A stretch of 64,000 nt of DNA from Candidatus Dormiibacterota bacterium (GTDB lineage: Bacteria > Chloroflexota > Limnocylindria > Limnocylindrales > CSP1-4): contig DASQIK010000023.1 in assembly GCA_035631615.1 (NCBI GenBank), positions 2,898-66,897 on the forward strand. The letters are read 5' to 3'. Each line of letters begins with the position of its first letter. Position 1 is the stretch's first letter. Shown here piece by piece: positions 46,930 through 56,292 of this stretch. Position numbers and translations under genes: made by a program. The notes under the pieces were generated by a model. That model was not told the origin of the DNA, did no database searches, and was given only the letters and a program-made list of their open reading frames with translations.

Positions 46930-46960
46930 GCGGGAGACAAGGCTGGTGCGGCCTCGCGGG

Positions 46961-47410
46961 TCATGTCCTGGGCTGGCGAGCCGCGCGGGAGCAGTCGGCG
47001 CACCGACCCTCGATTGACAGGTGGGCGATGTCGACCGCGAAGCCGCGCTTGGCGCGCAGGGCGTCGACGATCGGCCGAGCCTCCGCGGGATCGAGCTCCC
47101 AGCTCCGACCGCAGCTCGCGCAGACCAGATGGCCGTGGTCGGCTGCCGGGTTCACGTGGAACTCCTGGCGGCCCTCGCGCCCGTGGCTGTGGCTGACGAG
47201 GCCGATCTCCTCGAGCACGTCGAGCGTTCGATAGACCGTGGATGGCGTGGTCGTCGGATCGAGCGCCCGGCTTCGCTCGACGAGCTCGGCGCCCGTCACG
47301 TGGCCGTCGATGCTTGACAGGACCTCGAGGATGGCGCTCCGCTGCGGTGTCCAGCGCAGGCCGCGGGCCCGGAGGCCGCGGCGGACATCGGCCCAGCGCT
47401 CGGTCGTCAC
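46961..47410 (-). CDS. Fur-family metalloregulator (Nur/Zur-like)
   Basis: GLRWTPQRSAILEVL DNA-binding helix, HSH.....EFH metal site, CxxC...CxxC (CASCG, CADC). The probable GTG start overlaps the transporter stop (GTGA); the track start is 47431. Confidence 0.85.
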   Translation of the reverse strand: MTTERWADVRRGLRARGLRWTPQRSAILEVLSSIDGHVTGAELVERSRALDPTTTPSTVYRTLDVLEEIGLVSHSHGREGRQEFHVNPAADHGHLVCASCGRSWELDPAEARPIVDALRAKRGFAVDIAHLSIEGRCADCSRAARQPRT

Positions 47411-48363
47411 GAGCCACCGCCGAACAGCCACGCCTGGATCGACGGCAGCTTGTCCTGGAGGCCGAGCAGGAAGATCGAGCCGACGACGAGGCTGAAGGTG
47501 CCGGCCACGACGCCGATCGCGACGTACAGGCGCTGGCGAAAGCGGCTGGCGATGAAGCCGGTCGACGTGATGAGCACGACGATCGAGTTCGCGAGCAGCA
47601 GCCCGACGATGAACGCGGCCATCATCGGGAAGCCGAGGCCCCGGCTCGACGCGCCGCCGATGGCCGCGATCAGGAGCACCTGGGTGCCGGTCTCGGCACC
47701 GATGCCGTGGATCATCCCGACCCCGAACGCGGTCCGGATGCCATACGACGACATCTCGATCGGGTCGACGTGCTCATGCCCGTGCAGTCGCGCCTGGAAT
47801 CGCCGCCACGCGTAGCGCACCGAGTCGAAGACGAGCATCCACCGGCTGCGCAGGCGGAACTCGACGCCGTGACGGGCGTACTGGTACAGCGACACGAAGA
47901 CCCAGATGCCGAGGAACAGCAGGGTCGCGCCCACGACCGGCCCCATCACCTGGTCGACCCAGCCCGGCAGCACGGCGCCGAACAGCAGTGCGAGGGTGCC
48001 CAGCGCGGCGACGACCGCGGCGTGCCCGAGGGCGTACATCGAGCCGAGGAGCAGTGCGCGCCGTTGCTCAGGGACGAACTGGACGCGAGGCTCCGCGTCC
48101 GGATGCGAGTGGGGCGCCGGGTCCGATGCGGCCGGCTGCTCGTGGGCCGCGAGCTCGGCGGTGCCGCCGTGGTCGTGGCGATGCTCGATCTCGTGCTCGG
48201 CCGAGTGCTCGTGGACCGCCTCGTGACCGAGCTCGGCAGCGTCGGCGGTCGCGGTCGTCGAGGTCACGTCCGTGATCGCTGCGAGGTGATCCCAGTCGGA
48301 CCCGTGCCGGAAGCCGAGCACGAGCGCGGTTGCGATCAGCCCGAGGGCGCCGGCATCGGCCAT
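47407..48363 (-). CDS. NiCoT-family nickel/cobalt permease with a His-rich loop
   Basis: Internal Met start (MADAGALGLIATALVLGFRHGSDWDHLAAI). The H-x4-DH signature is present. His-rich loop HEAVHEHSAEHEIEHRHDHGG...HSHPD. Second-half motif GMIHGIGAETG. Confidence 0.75.
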   Translation of the reverse strand: MADAGALGLIATALVLGFRHGSDWDHLAAITDVTSTTATADAAELGHEAVHEHSAEHEIEHRHDHGGTAELAAHEQPAASDPAPHSHPDAEPRVQFVPEQRRALLLGSMYALGHAAVVAALGTLALLFGAVLPGWVDQVMGPVVGATLLFLGIWVFVSLYQYARHGVEFRLRSRWMLVFDSVRYAWRRFQARLHGHEHVDPIEMSSYGIRTAFGVGMIHGIGAETGTQVLLIAAIGGASSRGLGFPMMAAFIVGLLLANSIVVLITSTGFIASRFRQRLYVAIGVVAGTFSLVVGSIFLLGLQDKLPSIQAWLFGGGS

Positions 48364-48382
48364 CCACCGATGATGTCGGTTA

Positions 48383-48398
48383 ACGCAACAGGTTGCAA
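48383..48398. promoter_or_regulatory. candidate Fur-family (Nur-box-like) operator in the divergent NiCoT / kdp-kinase promoter region
   Basis: Minus strand reads TTGCAA-cctg-TTGCGT, 20-35 nt upstream of the NiCoT start, in a locally AT-richer patch. It resembles my recollection of the Streptomyces Nur box (TTGCAA-N5-TTGCAA). Confidence 0.3.
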
Positions 48399-48432
48399 CA
48401 ACCGGGCGGGCGAATACGCATACGATCTTCGG

Positions 48433-49986
48433 GTGCAGCGCTTGACCCGACGCGATCTCGCCCGACTCGTCGCGATCGGCACCCCGTCCCTGGCGATCGC
48501 CAGCGTGATCGTGTGGATCCTCCAGGACAGGCTCGGCGTGCCCAATCCATCGGCCGTGTACATCGTCGCGGTCGTCGCGACGGCGTTCGCATCGGGGTCC
48601 GCGGGCGGCATCGTCGTCTCGATCGCGGCCTTCCTCCTGTACGACTTCTTCTTCACCGAGCCACGGTTCACCTTCTCGATCAGTGAACCCGCGGAATGGG
48701 TCGGGGTCCTGCTGCTGCTCTTCGTCGGCGTCGTCGTCGGCGAGCTCGCCGCGCTCCAGCGATCGCGGGCCGACGTCGCCCGGGCTCGGGAACGCGAGGC
48801 CCAGGCGCTGTTCAGGGTCAGCCGGGCCCTCGCGACCCGCGCGACGACGCCGGGCGTCCTGCCGGAGCTGACCGCCATCCTGCGGACAGAGGCGGGCATG
48901 AGCCGCGTCTGGATCGCGCTGGGCGCGGACGCGGCCGCCGAGCGTGTGGCCGCGGACACCGGCGACGGCGCCCGGCCGGCCGTGCCGGCGATCGTGTGCT
49001 CGCTCCGGCGCACGCCCGGCGATCAGCCGGCCCAGTGGGTCCGCCTGCGCCAGGCGTCCCCCAAGGCACGCGCCCAACCCGGGTTCGAGACGTACCGCGT
49101 GCGCGTGGAAGCGGGCAGCGTCACATTCGGTTCGATCTGGGCGCAACGAGATCGCGCCCTCGGGCTGCCGGGCCGCACCGAGACCCGCCTGTTAGCGGCG
49201 TCCGCTGACCAGCTCGGGCAGGCGCTCGCGCATGAGCGTCTCGAGGCAGATGCCCAGGCCGCCGAGATTGCCCGGCAGGCGGACGCGTTGAAATCGGCGC
49301 TGCTGCAGTCCGTGTCACACGACCTGCGGACGCCGCTGGCCACGATCCGCGCGGCCGCCGGCACCCTTCGCCCTGGGAGTGGCCTGAGCGTCGCGGACCA
49401 GGCCGAGAGTGCAGATGCCATCGATCGCGAGGTCGAGTACCTGAATCGCCTGGTGACCAACCTCCTCGACCTGAGCCGGATCGAGGCCGGGGCCCTGCGG
49501 GCGGAGCGCGACGTCTTCGAGCTCGAGGACCTCGTGGGACGCACGGTTGACCGCCTGCGGCCGAGGCTGGCGGGACATCCCATGGTCGTCTCGCTCGATG
49601 CGCCGTCCGTCGAGGTCGACGCGATCTTCGTCGACGAGGCCGTGACGAACGCCCTCGAGAACGCAATCAAGTACACGCCCGCCGATGCCGAGATCCGGCT
49701 CGGCGCGACGGCGATCGGCGGCGAGCCCTTCGTCAGGCTCACGATCGAGGATGGCGGGCCGGGTGTGCCCGAGGAGCACCTCGAGCGCGTCTTCGAGAAG
49801 TTCTACCGCGTGCCCAGCGTCAGGCGCAGCTCGCGTTCCGGCACCGGCATCGGCCTTGCGGTCGTGCGTGGGCTCGTCGAGGCGATGGGCGGCAGGGTCG
49901 CCGCCCGGCGGAGCGCGCTTGGCGGCCTCGCGCTCGACCTCGATCTGCCGGTCGCGAGCGCCGCGACCGACACCCACGCCGCGTAG
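48433..49986 (+). CDS. kdpD: KdpD-type sensor histidine kinase, C-terminal half only (DUF4118-like membrane domain, GAF-like region, HisKA, HATPase)
   Basis: GTG start (VQRLTRRDLARL...). TM block typical of KdpD, H-box SHDLRTPLATI, N-box NALENAIKYTP, G-boxes EDGGPGVP and GTGIGLAV. No KdpD-N or Usp domains. Confidence 0.85.
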   Translation: MQRLTRRDLARLVAIGTPSLAIASVIVWILQDRLGVPNPSAVYIVAVVATAFASGSAGGIVVSIAAFLLYDFFFTEPRFTFSISEPAEWVGVLLLLFVGVVVGELAALQRSRADVARAREREAQALFRVSRALATRATTPGVLPELTAILRTEAGMSRVWIALGADAAAERVAADTGDGARPAVPAIVCSLRRTPGDQPAQWVRLRQASPKARAQPGFETYRVRVEAGSVTFGSIWAQRDRALGLPGRTETRLLAASADQLGQALAHERLEADAQAAEIARQADALKSALLQSVSHDLRTPLATIRAAAGTLRPGSGLSVADQAESADAIDREVEYLNRLVTNLLDLSRIEAGALRAERDVFELEDLVGRTVDRLRPRLAGHPMVVSLDAPSVEVDAIFVDEAVTNALENAIKYTPADAEIRLGATAIGGEPFVRLTIEDGGPGVPEEHLERVFEKFYRVPSVRRSSRSGTGIGLAVVRGLVEAMGGRVAARRSALGGLALDLDLPVASAATDTHAA

Positions 49987-49991
49987 GTTCC

Positions 49992-50732
49992 ATGGCGAGG
50001 ACCTCGGCCGGCCTACCGCCAGGCCCGACCATCCTGATCGTCGAGGACGATGATGAGACCCGCCGGGCAGTCGCGAGGGACCTGGGCACCCGCGGCTTTC
50101 GGGTCGAGGAGGCCGCCGACGGGAAGACCGCGCTCCGGCGCTGGGAGATCCGCCGCCCAGACCTGGTGCTGCTCGATCTTGGACTGCCTGATGTCGACGG
50201 CCTCCAGGTCATCCGTCGCATCCGTCGCGACTCCGCCACGACGCCAATCGTGATCCTGTCCGGCCACTACGACGAGCGCGAGAAGGTCGTGGCGCTCGAG
50301 CAGGGCGCCGACGACTACGTGACGAAGCCGTTCGGCGTCGACGAGCTCAACGCCCGCCTACGCGTCGCGTTGCGGCACGCCGTCGGGCCTGCGGCGGACG
50401 CCGGCGGCCGGATCACCGTCGGCCCGCTCGAGTTCGACGGCCCGCGGCACGAGGTGCGGGTCAGCGGGGCGCCAGTGGTGCTGACGCCGCGGGAGTTCGA
50501 AATCCTGCGCGTCCTGCTCGCAAATCCGGGCCGGCTCATCACCAAGGGCCGGCTGCTGCGAACGGTGTGGGGCGCCGCCTACCAGGACGAGGACAGCTAC
50601 GTGTACGTGCACGTCAGCCAGCTGCGCCGCAAGCTCGCCGCAGCGGACCCCGGCGGGCTGCTGCGCGACCTGATCGTGACCGAGCCGGGTGTCGGATATC
50701 GCATCCGCGACGAGAAGGCTCTTCGACCTTAG
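49992..50732 (+). CDS. kdpE: OmpR-family response regulator KdpE
   Basis: Receiver (ILIVEDDD, LVLLDLGLPDVDG, DDYVTKPF) plus winged-helix output (LTPREFEILRVL...EPGVGYRI). It starts 6 nt after the kinase stop. Confidence 0.85.
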   Translation: MARTSAGLPPGPTILIVEDDDETRRAVARDLGTRGFRVEEAADGKTALRRWEIRRPDLVLLDLGLPDVDGLQVIRRIRRDSATTPIVILSGHYDEREKVVALEQGADDYVTKPFGVDELNARLRVALRHAVGPAADAGGRITVGPLEFDGPRHEVRVSGAPVVLTPREFEILRVLLANPGRLITKGRLLRTVWGAAYQDEDSYVYVHVSQLRRKLAAADPGGLLRDLIVTEPGVGYRIRDEKALRP

Positions 50733-50799
50733 GCGATCTTTAGGCCCGCAGGCGCGTTCCGGGCGTTCCCCTCTTGGACCCCGGTGCGAGAGTCCGGAC

Positions 50800-51057
50800 A
50801 TGAACAGGTTCGAGATCAGCGCCGAGCGCCGCGCCCTGCGCACGCTCGACTACGAGCTGGAGCTCGTTCGGGGCGCGATCGATCTTGTTGCCTCGGGCGG
50901 CGCGCCCCGCGTCCGCCTCGCGAGCCTCTCGTTCGGCGAGCAGCTCCTCGAGCCGGCGCGGCTGATGGCGATCAGCGCCGGCGTCCGCATCATCCCTGCC
51001 TGGACGTCCGACGAGGGCGGGGCGAGCATCACCGTGGAGCCACTCGTCGATGCCTGA
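50800..51057 (+). CDS. hypothetical 85-aa soluble protein
   Basis: MNRFEISAERRALRTLDYELELVRGAIDLV... Normal composition, no TM and no Cys. It overlaps the following receiver gene by 8 nt. The upstream extension to 50689 is Arg-rich and overlaps kdpE. Confidence 0.45.
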   Translation: MNRFEISAERRALRTLDYELELVRGAIDLVASGGAPRVRLASLSFGEQLLEPARLMAISAGVRIIPAWTSDEGGASITVEPLVDA

Positions 51058-51442
51058 CGCGCCTGGCGGAGTCCTGATCGTCGAGGACGACGAGAGCCTG
51101 CGGCGAATCCTCGCCCGGCATCTCCGGAGCCACGGCTATCACGTGCACGAGGCCGCATCCGCCGAGGAAGCCGTGAGCCTCCTCGACGGCGGCGTCCGCC
51201 CGGGTGTCGTGATCCTCGACCTCAACCTGCCCGGCGACAACGGCTGGGACCTGCTCCGCGGCCCCGCGCTTGCCGCAGCCGGCTCGCCCGCAGTCGTGGT
51301 GGCCAGCGCCATCACCGTCAGCCCGCGCCGGCTGGCCGAGTTCAACGTGGCCGGCTACCTGCCCAAGCCATTCCCCATCGAGACGCTCGTGGCGACCGTC
51401 GAGCGCCTTCTCAGCGGCGTCGGGAGCACCCAGGAGTCATGA
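51050..51442 (+). CDS. stand-alone CheY-like receiver domain protein
   Basis: 130 aa: VLIVEDDE, phospho-acceptor region VVILDLNLPGDNG, VVVASA, YLPKPF. No output domain. Confidence 0.8.
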   Translation: MPDAPGGVLIVEDDESLRRILARHLRSHGYHVHEAASAEEAVSLLDGGVRPGVVILDLNLPGDNGWDLLRGPALAAAGSPAVVVASAITVSPRRLAEFNVAGYLPKPFPIETLVATVERLLSGVGSTQES

Positions 51443-51528
51443 CGGACCTGCTCATCGCAATCATCGGGTTGGTGTGCGTGCTCGCGCTCGCGGGCTACCT
51501 CGCGCTGTGCGAGTGGGTGCGCGAATGA
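51439..51528 (+). CDS. 29-aa hydrophobic micro-ORF (KdpF-like, upstream copy)
   Basis: Own translation: [29 protein letters not shown]. Its ATG overlaps the receiver stop (ATGA), and its stop overlaps the kdpF ATG (ATGA). Confidence 0.35.
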   Translation: MTDLLIAIIGLVCVLALAGYLALCEWVRE

Positions 51529-51614
51529 ACCTCCTCGATCTCATCGCGGGATTGGCCGCCGCGTTCTCGTTCGTGTACCTCCTGTGGGCGCTGCTCCGCC
51601 CGGAGGACTTCTAG
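51525..51614 (+). CDS. kdpF: K+-transporting ATPase subunit F
   Basis: [29 protein letters not shown]; compare E. coli KdpF ...LLLGYLVYALINAEAF. It ends immediately before the kdpA ATG. Confidence 0.7.
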   Translation: MNLLDLIAGLAAAFSFVYLLWALLRPEDF

Positions 51615-53333
51615 ATGTCGATCTCGGAGCTCCTGACGCTCGTGGCGCTGGCGCTTGCGATCCTCGTGGCCACTCCGGTCCTTGGCCGGTACATCTTCCG
51701 GGTCATGGAGGGCGAGCGGACGCTCCTCAGCCCCGTGCTCCTCCCGGTCGAGCGCCTCGTCTACCGCGCCTGCGGCGTGGACGCAGCGGCCGAGCAGGGT
51801 TGGAAGGGCTATACGGTCTCCGTGCTGGCGATGGCGGTCGTCGCGATCGTTCTGGGGTACATCGTGCTCCGCCTGCAGGATGTGCTGCCGCTCAACCAGG
51901 GTGGCATTCCCCCGATGACGCCCGACCTCGCCTTCAACACGTCCGTCAGCTTCGAGACCAACACGAACTGGCAGAACTACTCCGGCGAATCGGGCGCGAC
52001 GTACCTCACGCAGGCCGGCATGCTTGCGGTGCGCAACTTCACCTCGGCGGCGACGGGGCTGGCCGTTGCGATCGCCCTCATTCGCGGCCTCACCCGCCGC
52101 AGCACGAAGACCCTCGGCAACTACTGGGTCGACCTTACGCGCGGGATCCTGTACATCCTCCTCCCGATCTCCGTCATCGGAGCGCTGGTGCTCGTCTGGC
52201 AGGGCGTTCCGCAGACGTGGAACCCGACCCAGGTCGTCACGACGCTCCAGGGCGCGACGCAGAACATCGCCCTCGGGCCGATCGCCTCGCAGGAGTGGAT
52301 CAAGGAGCTCGGCAACAACGGCGGCGGCTTCATGAACGCCAACTCCGCCCACCCATTCGAGAACCCTACGGGCCTCACCAACTGGCTCGAGATGTTCGCC
52401 CTCCTGGCCGCGTCCTTCGCGCTGACCTACACCTTCGGGAGGTACGCGGGCAACCAGCGCCAGGGCTGGACCATCTTCGCGGCGATGGCCGGGATTCTCG
52501 TCGTCGGCGCCGTCGTCGCGATGACATCCGAGCACGCCGGCAATCCGCTCTTCGCGCCGGGCGTCGACACCGCTGGGCTCGGCAACATGGAAGGCAAGGA
52601 AACGCGCTTCGGCTCGGCCATCGGCGGCCTGTTCATGGCAATCACCACTGGCACCAGCACGGGCGCGATCAACATGTGGCACGACAGTGCCCAGCCGATC
52701 GCCGGCCTCGTCCCCATGTTCAACATCGAGCTCGGCGAGATCACGCCCGGCGGCATTGGCGCCGGCATCTACGGAATGCTCGTGATCGGGGCGATCCTGG
52801 CGGTGTTCATCGCCGGCCTCATGGTCGGGCGGACCCCGGAGTTCCTCGGCAAGAAGGTCGAGAGCTACGAGATCAAGATGGCGATGATCACGGCGCTCGT
52901 GCTGGGCGCCAGCATCCTGGGCTTCACCGCGTTGGCGAGCGTCCTGCCGGACGGCCTCAAGGGCCCCTTGAATACCGGTCCGCATGGCTTCAGCGAGATC
53001 CTGTACGCGTACTCCAGCCAGACCGGGAACAACGGGTCCGCCTTCGCGGGCCTGACCGGCAACACGCCCTTCTACAACATCACGGGCGGCCTGGCCATGC
53101 TCATCGGCCGGTACGGGATGATCGTGCCGATCCTCGCCCTGGCCGGCTCGATGGCGGTAAAGCGGCGGGTCGCGCCTTCGCTCGGCACGTTCCCGACCAC
53201 CGGTGTCCTGTGGACCGTCCTGCTCGTCGGCGTCGTCGTCATCGTCGGTGCGCTGACGTTCTTCCCGGCGCTCGCCCTCGGGCCGATCGTCGAACAGCTC
53301 ATCCAGAACGCCGGAAAGGTATTCGGATCATGA
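51615..53333 (+). CDS. kdpA: K+-transporting ATPase subunit A
   Basis: 572 aa with typical KdpA features ([10 protein letters not shown], selectivity-filter-like repeats TGTSTGAIN and GNNGSAF). Confidence 0.95.
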   Translation: MSISELLTLVALALAILVATPVLGRYIFRVMEGERTLLSPVLLPVERLVYRACGVDAAAEQGWKGYTVSVLAMAVVAIVLGYIVLRLQDVLPLNQGGIPPMTPDLAFNTSVSFETNTNWQNYSGESGATYLTQAGMLAVRNFTSAATGLAVAIALIRGLTRRSTKTLGNYWVDLTRGILYILLPISVIGALVLVWQGVPQTWNPTQVVTTLQGATQNIALGPIASQEWIKELGNNGGGFMNANSAHPFENPTGLTNWLEMFALLAASFALTYTFGRYAGNQRQGWTIFAAMAGILVVGAVVAMTSEHAGNPLFAPGVDTAGLGNMEGKETRFGSAIGGLFMAITTGTSTGAINMWHDSAQPIAGLVPMFNIELGEITPGGIGAGIYGMLVIGAILAVFIAGLMVGRTPEFLGKKVESYEIKMAMITALVLGASILGFTALASVLPDGLKGPLNTGPHGFSEILYAYSSQTGNNGSAFAGLTGNTPFYNITGGLAMLIGRYGMIVPILALAGSMAVKRRVAPSLGTFPTTGVLWTVLLVGVVVIVGALTFFPALALGPIVEQLIQNAGKVFGS

Positions 53334-55498
53334 CCAGCCTCACGGTCGACCTTGGTCGCGGCACGCGCCGCTTCCAGCGCTTCGTCACCCTCCGCGGCTC
53401 GAAGCCCGGTGGCGGCGAGCCGCCACGGCCGCGTGGCGTCCTCGATCCGGACCTCCTCCGAGCTGCCCTCCCCGAGGCATTCCGGAAGCTCGACCCGCGC
53501 AAGCTGATCAAGAACCCGGTGATGTTCGTCGTCGAGATCACCGCGGTCCTGGTCACCCTGATCGCGATCGCCAATGCCACCGGCATCCAGACGACGACCG
53601 GCGCCGCCGGACTCGGCTTCCAGGTCCAGATCGCCGTCTGGCTGTGGTTCACGGTCCTGTTCGCGACGTATGCCGAGGCGGTCGCCGAGGCCCGCGGCCG
53701 CGCGCAGGCGGCCACGCTCCGCAAGACCCGCTCGGAGACCACGGCCCATCGCCGTCGTGCCGACGGGACCATGGAGAACGTCGGCTCTTCGGAGCTCCGC
53801 CGCGGGGACACCATCGTGGTCGAGCAGAACGAGACGATCGCCGGCGATGGCGACGTGATCGAGGGCATCGGCTTCGTCAACGAGGCCGCGATCACCGGCG
53901 AGTCCGCACCGGTCCTCAAGGAGCCGGGCACGGACATCCGCAGCTCCGTGACCGGCGGCACGACGCTCGTCAGCGACCGGCTCGTCATTCGCGTGACCGC
54001 CGACCCTGGCGAGACGTTCCTCGACCGGATGATCGCCCTCGTCGAGGGCGCCAAGCGCCAGCGGACCCCGAACGAGATCGCCCTGGCCATCCTCCTCGCC
54101 GGCCTCACGATCATCTTCCTCATGGCGGTCGTGACGCTGCGCCCGTTCGGCGGCTTCGCCGGGACGGTCGTCGACACGGTCGCGCTCGTCGCCCTCCTGG
54201 TGTGCCTCATCCCGACTACGATCGGCGGCCTGCTGTCCGCGATCGGCATTGCCGGCATGGACCGCGTTGCGCGGTTCAACGTGCTCGCCATGAGCGGCCG
54301 CGCGGTCGAGGCGTCCGGTGACGTGGACGTGATCCTGCTCGACAAGACCGGCACGATCACCTATGGGAATCGCCTCGCATCGTCGATCGTCGCGGCGCCG
54401 GGTGTCACCGAAGCCGAGGCCGTCACCGCGGCCCTGGTGGCCTCCATCCAGGACGAGACGCCGGAGGGGCGCTCGATCGTGGAGCTTGCCCGTGAGCGTC
54501 TCGCCGAGCTCGGCCAGCCGGCCGGCAAGGATGACGCCGCCGGGTTCGACGCCCTCTCGGCAACCATCGCCGAGGAGATCGCGTTCAAGGCTGAGACACG
54601 GACGAGCGGCGTGAGGACGACTACAGGCGAGTTGGTCCTCAAGGGCGCGGTGGACGCCATCGCGGAGGCGCTCGACGGCCCCATGCCGGCCGAGCTGCTC
54701 GCGGCCGCCGACGCCAGCGCGGACGCCGGGGCGACCCCGCTCGCCATCCGCCGCGACGGGGCGCCGATCGGGCTCATCGAGCTCAAGGACACCGTCAAGG
54801 AAGGCCTCGTCGTGCGGTTCGCAGAGTTCCGCAAGATGGGCATCCGCACCGTGATGATCACCGGCGACAACCCGCGGACAGCGGCGACGATCGCGAAGGA
54901 AGCCGGGGTGGACGACTTCATCGCCCAGGCCACGCCGGAGAACAAGATCGCGTTCATCCGAGCCCAGCAGGCCGACGGCCACCTCGTCGCGATGACCGGG
55001 GACGGCACCAACGACGCCCCGGCGCTCGCCCAGTCCGACGTCGGGCTGGCGATGAACAGCGGAACCTCGGCGGCGAAGGAGGCGGCCAACATGGTCGACC
55101 TCGACTCGGATCCGACGAAGCTGCTCGAGGTCATCGCCATCGGCAAGCAGCTGCTCATCACCCGCGGCTCGATCACCACGTTCTCGATCGCGAACGACGT
55201 GGCGAAGTATTTCGCGATCGTCCCGGCAATGTTCGTGACGGTCTATCCGCAGCTGAACGCCCTGAACATCATGGGTCTCGCTACCCCCCAGAGCGCCATC
55301 CTCTCGGCGGTGATCTTCAACGCCTTGATCATCATTGCGCTCATCCCGCTCGCCCTTCGTGGCGTGTCCTTCAAGCCTGCGCCGGCGAGCGTCCTGCTTC
55401 AGCGCAACCTCCTCATCTACGGCCTCGGTGGGATCGTCGCCCCGTTCCTCGGGATCAAGCTGATCGATCTCATCGTGTCCGCCCTCCACCTCGCATAG
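53330..55498 (+). CDS. kdpB: K+-transporting P-type ATPase subunit B
   Basis: ATG overlaps the kdpA stop (ATGA). Motifs [26 protein letters not shown]. Confidence 0.95.
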   Translation: MTSLTVDLGRGTRRFQRFVTLRGSKPGGGEPPRPRGVLDPDLLRAALPEAFRKLDPRKLIKNPVMFVVEITAVLVTLIAIANATGIQTTTGAAGLGFQVQIAVWLWFTVLFATYAEAVAEARGRAQAATLRKTRSETTAHRRRADGTMENVGSSELRRGDTIVVEQNETIAGDGDVIEGIGFVNEAAITGESAPVLKEPGTDIRSSVTGGTTLVSDRLVIRVTADPGETFLDRMIALVEGAKRQRTPNEIALAILLAGLTIIFLMAVVTLRPFGGFAGTVVDTVALVALLVCLIPTTIGGLLSAIGIAGMDRVARFNVLAMSGRAVEASGDVDVILLDKTGTITYGNRLASSIVAAPGVTEAEAVTAALVASIQDETPEGRSIVELARERLAELGQPAGKDDAAGFDALSATIAEEIAFKAETRTSGVRTTTGELVLKGAVDAIAEALDGPMPAELLAAADASADAGATPLAIRRDGAPIGLIELKDTVKEGLVVRFAEFRKMGIRTVMITGDNPRTAATIAKEAGVDDFIAQATPENKIAFIRAQQADGHLVAMTGDGTNDAPALAQSDVGLAMNSGTSAAKEAANMVDLDSDPTKLLEVIAIGKQLLITRGSITTFSIANDVAKYFAIVPAMFVTVYPQLNALNIMGLATPQSAILSAVIFNALIIIALIPLALRGVSFKPAPASVLLQRNLLIYGLGGIVAPFLGIKLIDLIVSALHLA

Positions 55499-55508
55499 GA
55501 CTCCTTCG

Positions 55509-56282
55509 ATGACGACCTTCCTTCGCAACCGGCTCTGGCCGGCGTTCGCGCTCCTGGTGGTCCTCACGCTGATCACCGGGGTCATCTACCCAGCCCTCGT
55601 GACCGCGGTCGCCCAGATCGCCTTCCCGAGGCAGGCCAACGGGTCGTTCATCGTGACCGCGGACGGTCGAACCATCGGGTCGAGCCTGATCGGCCAGGCC
55701 TTCAGCGACCCGAAGTACTTCTGGGGCCGCCCATCCGCGGCCGGCAAGGGCTACGACGCAAGCGGCTCGGCGGGCACGAACCTCGGCCCGACCGACGCCC
55801 GCCTCGTCGGTTTCATCCCGGGCGTGAACACCGTGGGCCTTGACGGCTCGAAGTCGGCAACGAACCCGTTTGCGACCCCGGCCGACCCGTTCTGCGTGCC
55901 GACCGATGCGAATGGCAATCCCGTCCTCAGCCCGGCCAGCGATACGGCCTACGCGAAGAACCCGGATGGGACGTATGCCTGCTACTCGAACACCATTCCG
56001 GAGCGGGCGATCGCCTGGCGCCAGGCAAACGGGCTCCCGGCGAACGCAAGTGTCCCGGTGGACGTGATCACGACGTCTGCCTCTGGCCTCGACCCGGACA
56101 TCAGCCCCGCTGGGGCAGATTCCCAGGTCGCACGCGTCGCACACGCCCGCAATATGTCCGAGGCCGACGTCCGCGCGGCCGTCGCGCGCCACACGGAACA
56201 GCCGACGTTCGGGTTCCTCGGTGAGCCGCGGGTCAACGTCCTGCTGCTCAACCTCGATCTCGACGGCCTGCTGCAACACTGA
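55509..56282 (+). CDS. kdpC: K+-transporting ATPase subunit C (long form with an internal insertion)
   Basis: N-terminal TM plus GVIYPALVTAVAQIAFP, and C-terminal TTSASGLDPDISP. At 257 aa it is longer than the roughly 190 aa of E. coli KdpC. Confidence 0.9.
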   Translation: MTTFLRNRLWPAFALLVVLTLITGVIYPALVTAVAQIAFPRQANGSFIVTADGRTIGSSLIGQAFSDPKYFWGRPSAAGKGYDASGSAGTNLGPTDARLVGFIPGVNTVGLDGSKSATNPFATPADPFCVPTDANGNPVLSPASDTAYAKNPDGTYACYSNTIPERAIAWRQANGLPANASVPVDVITTSASGLDPDISPAGADSQVARVAHARNMSEADVRAAVARHTEQPTFGFLGEPRVNVLLLNLDLDGLLQH

Positions 56283-56292
56283 GGGCACTGCC

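Noticed and set aside
48364-48432. Possible c-di-AMP (ydaO/kimA-type) riboswitch upstream of the kdp locus or the APC permeases
   Set aside because: The available upstream regions (69 nt here, 31 nt before 46929, 18 nt before 57478) are too short. None shows the ACGGGGA/CCCG pseudo-symmetric core.
53072-55585. 837-aa minus-strand ORF opposite kdpB (and a similar one at 51495..52985 opposite kdpA)
   Set aside because: It is antisense to unmistakable kdpA and kdpB genes, with Arg/Gly/Asp-rich low-information sequence.
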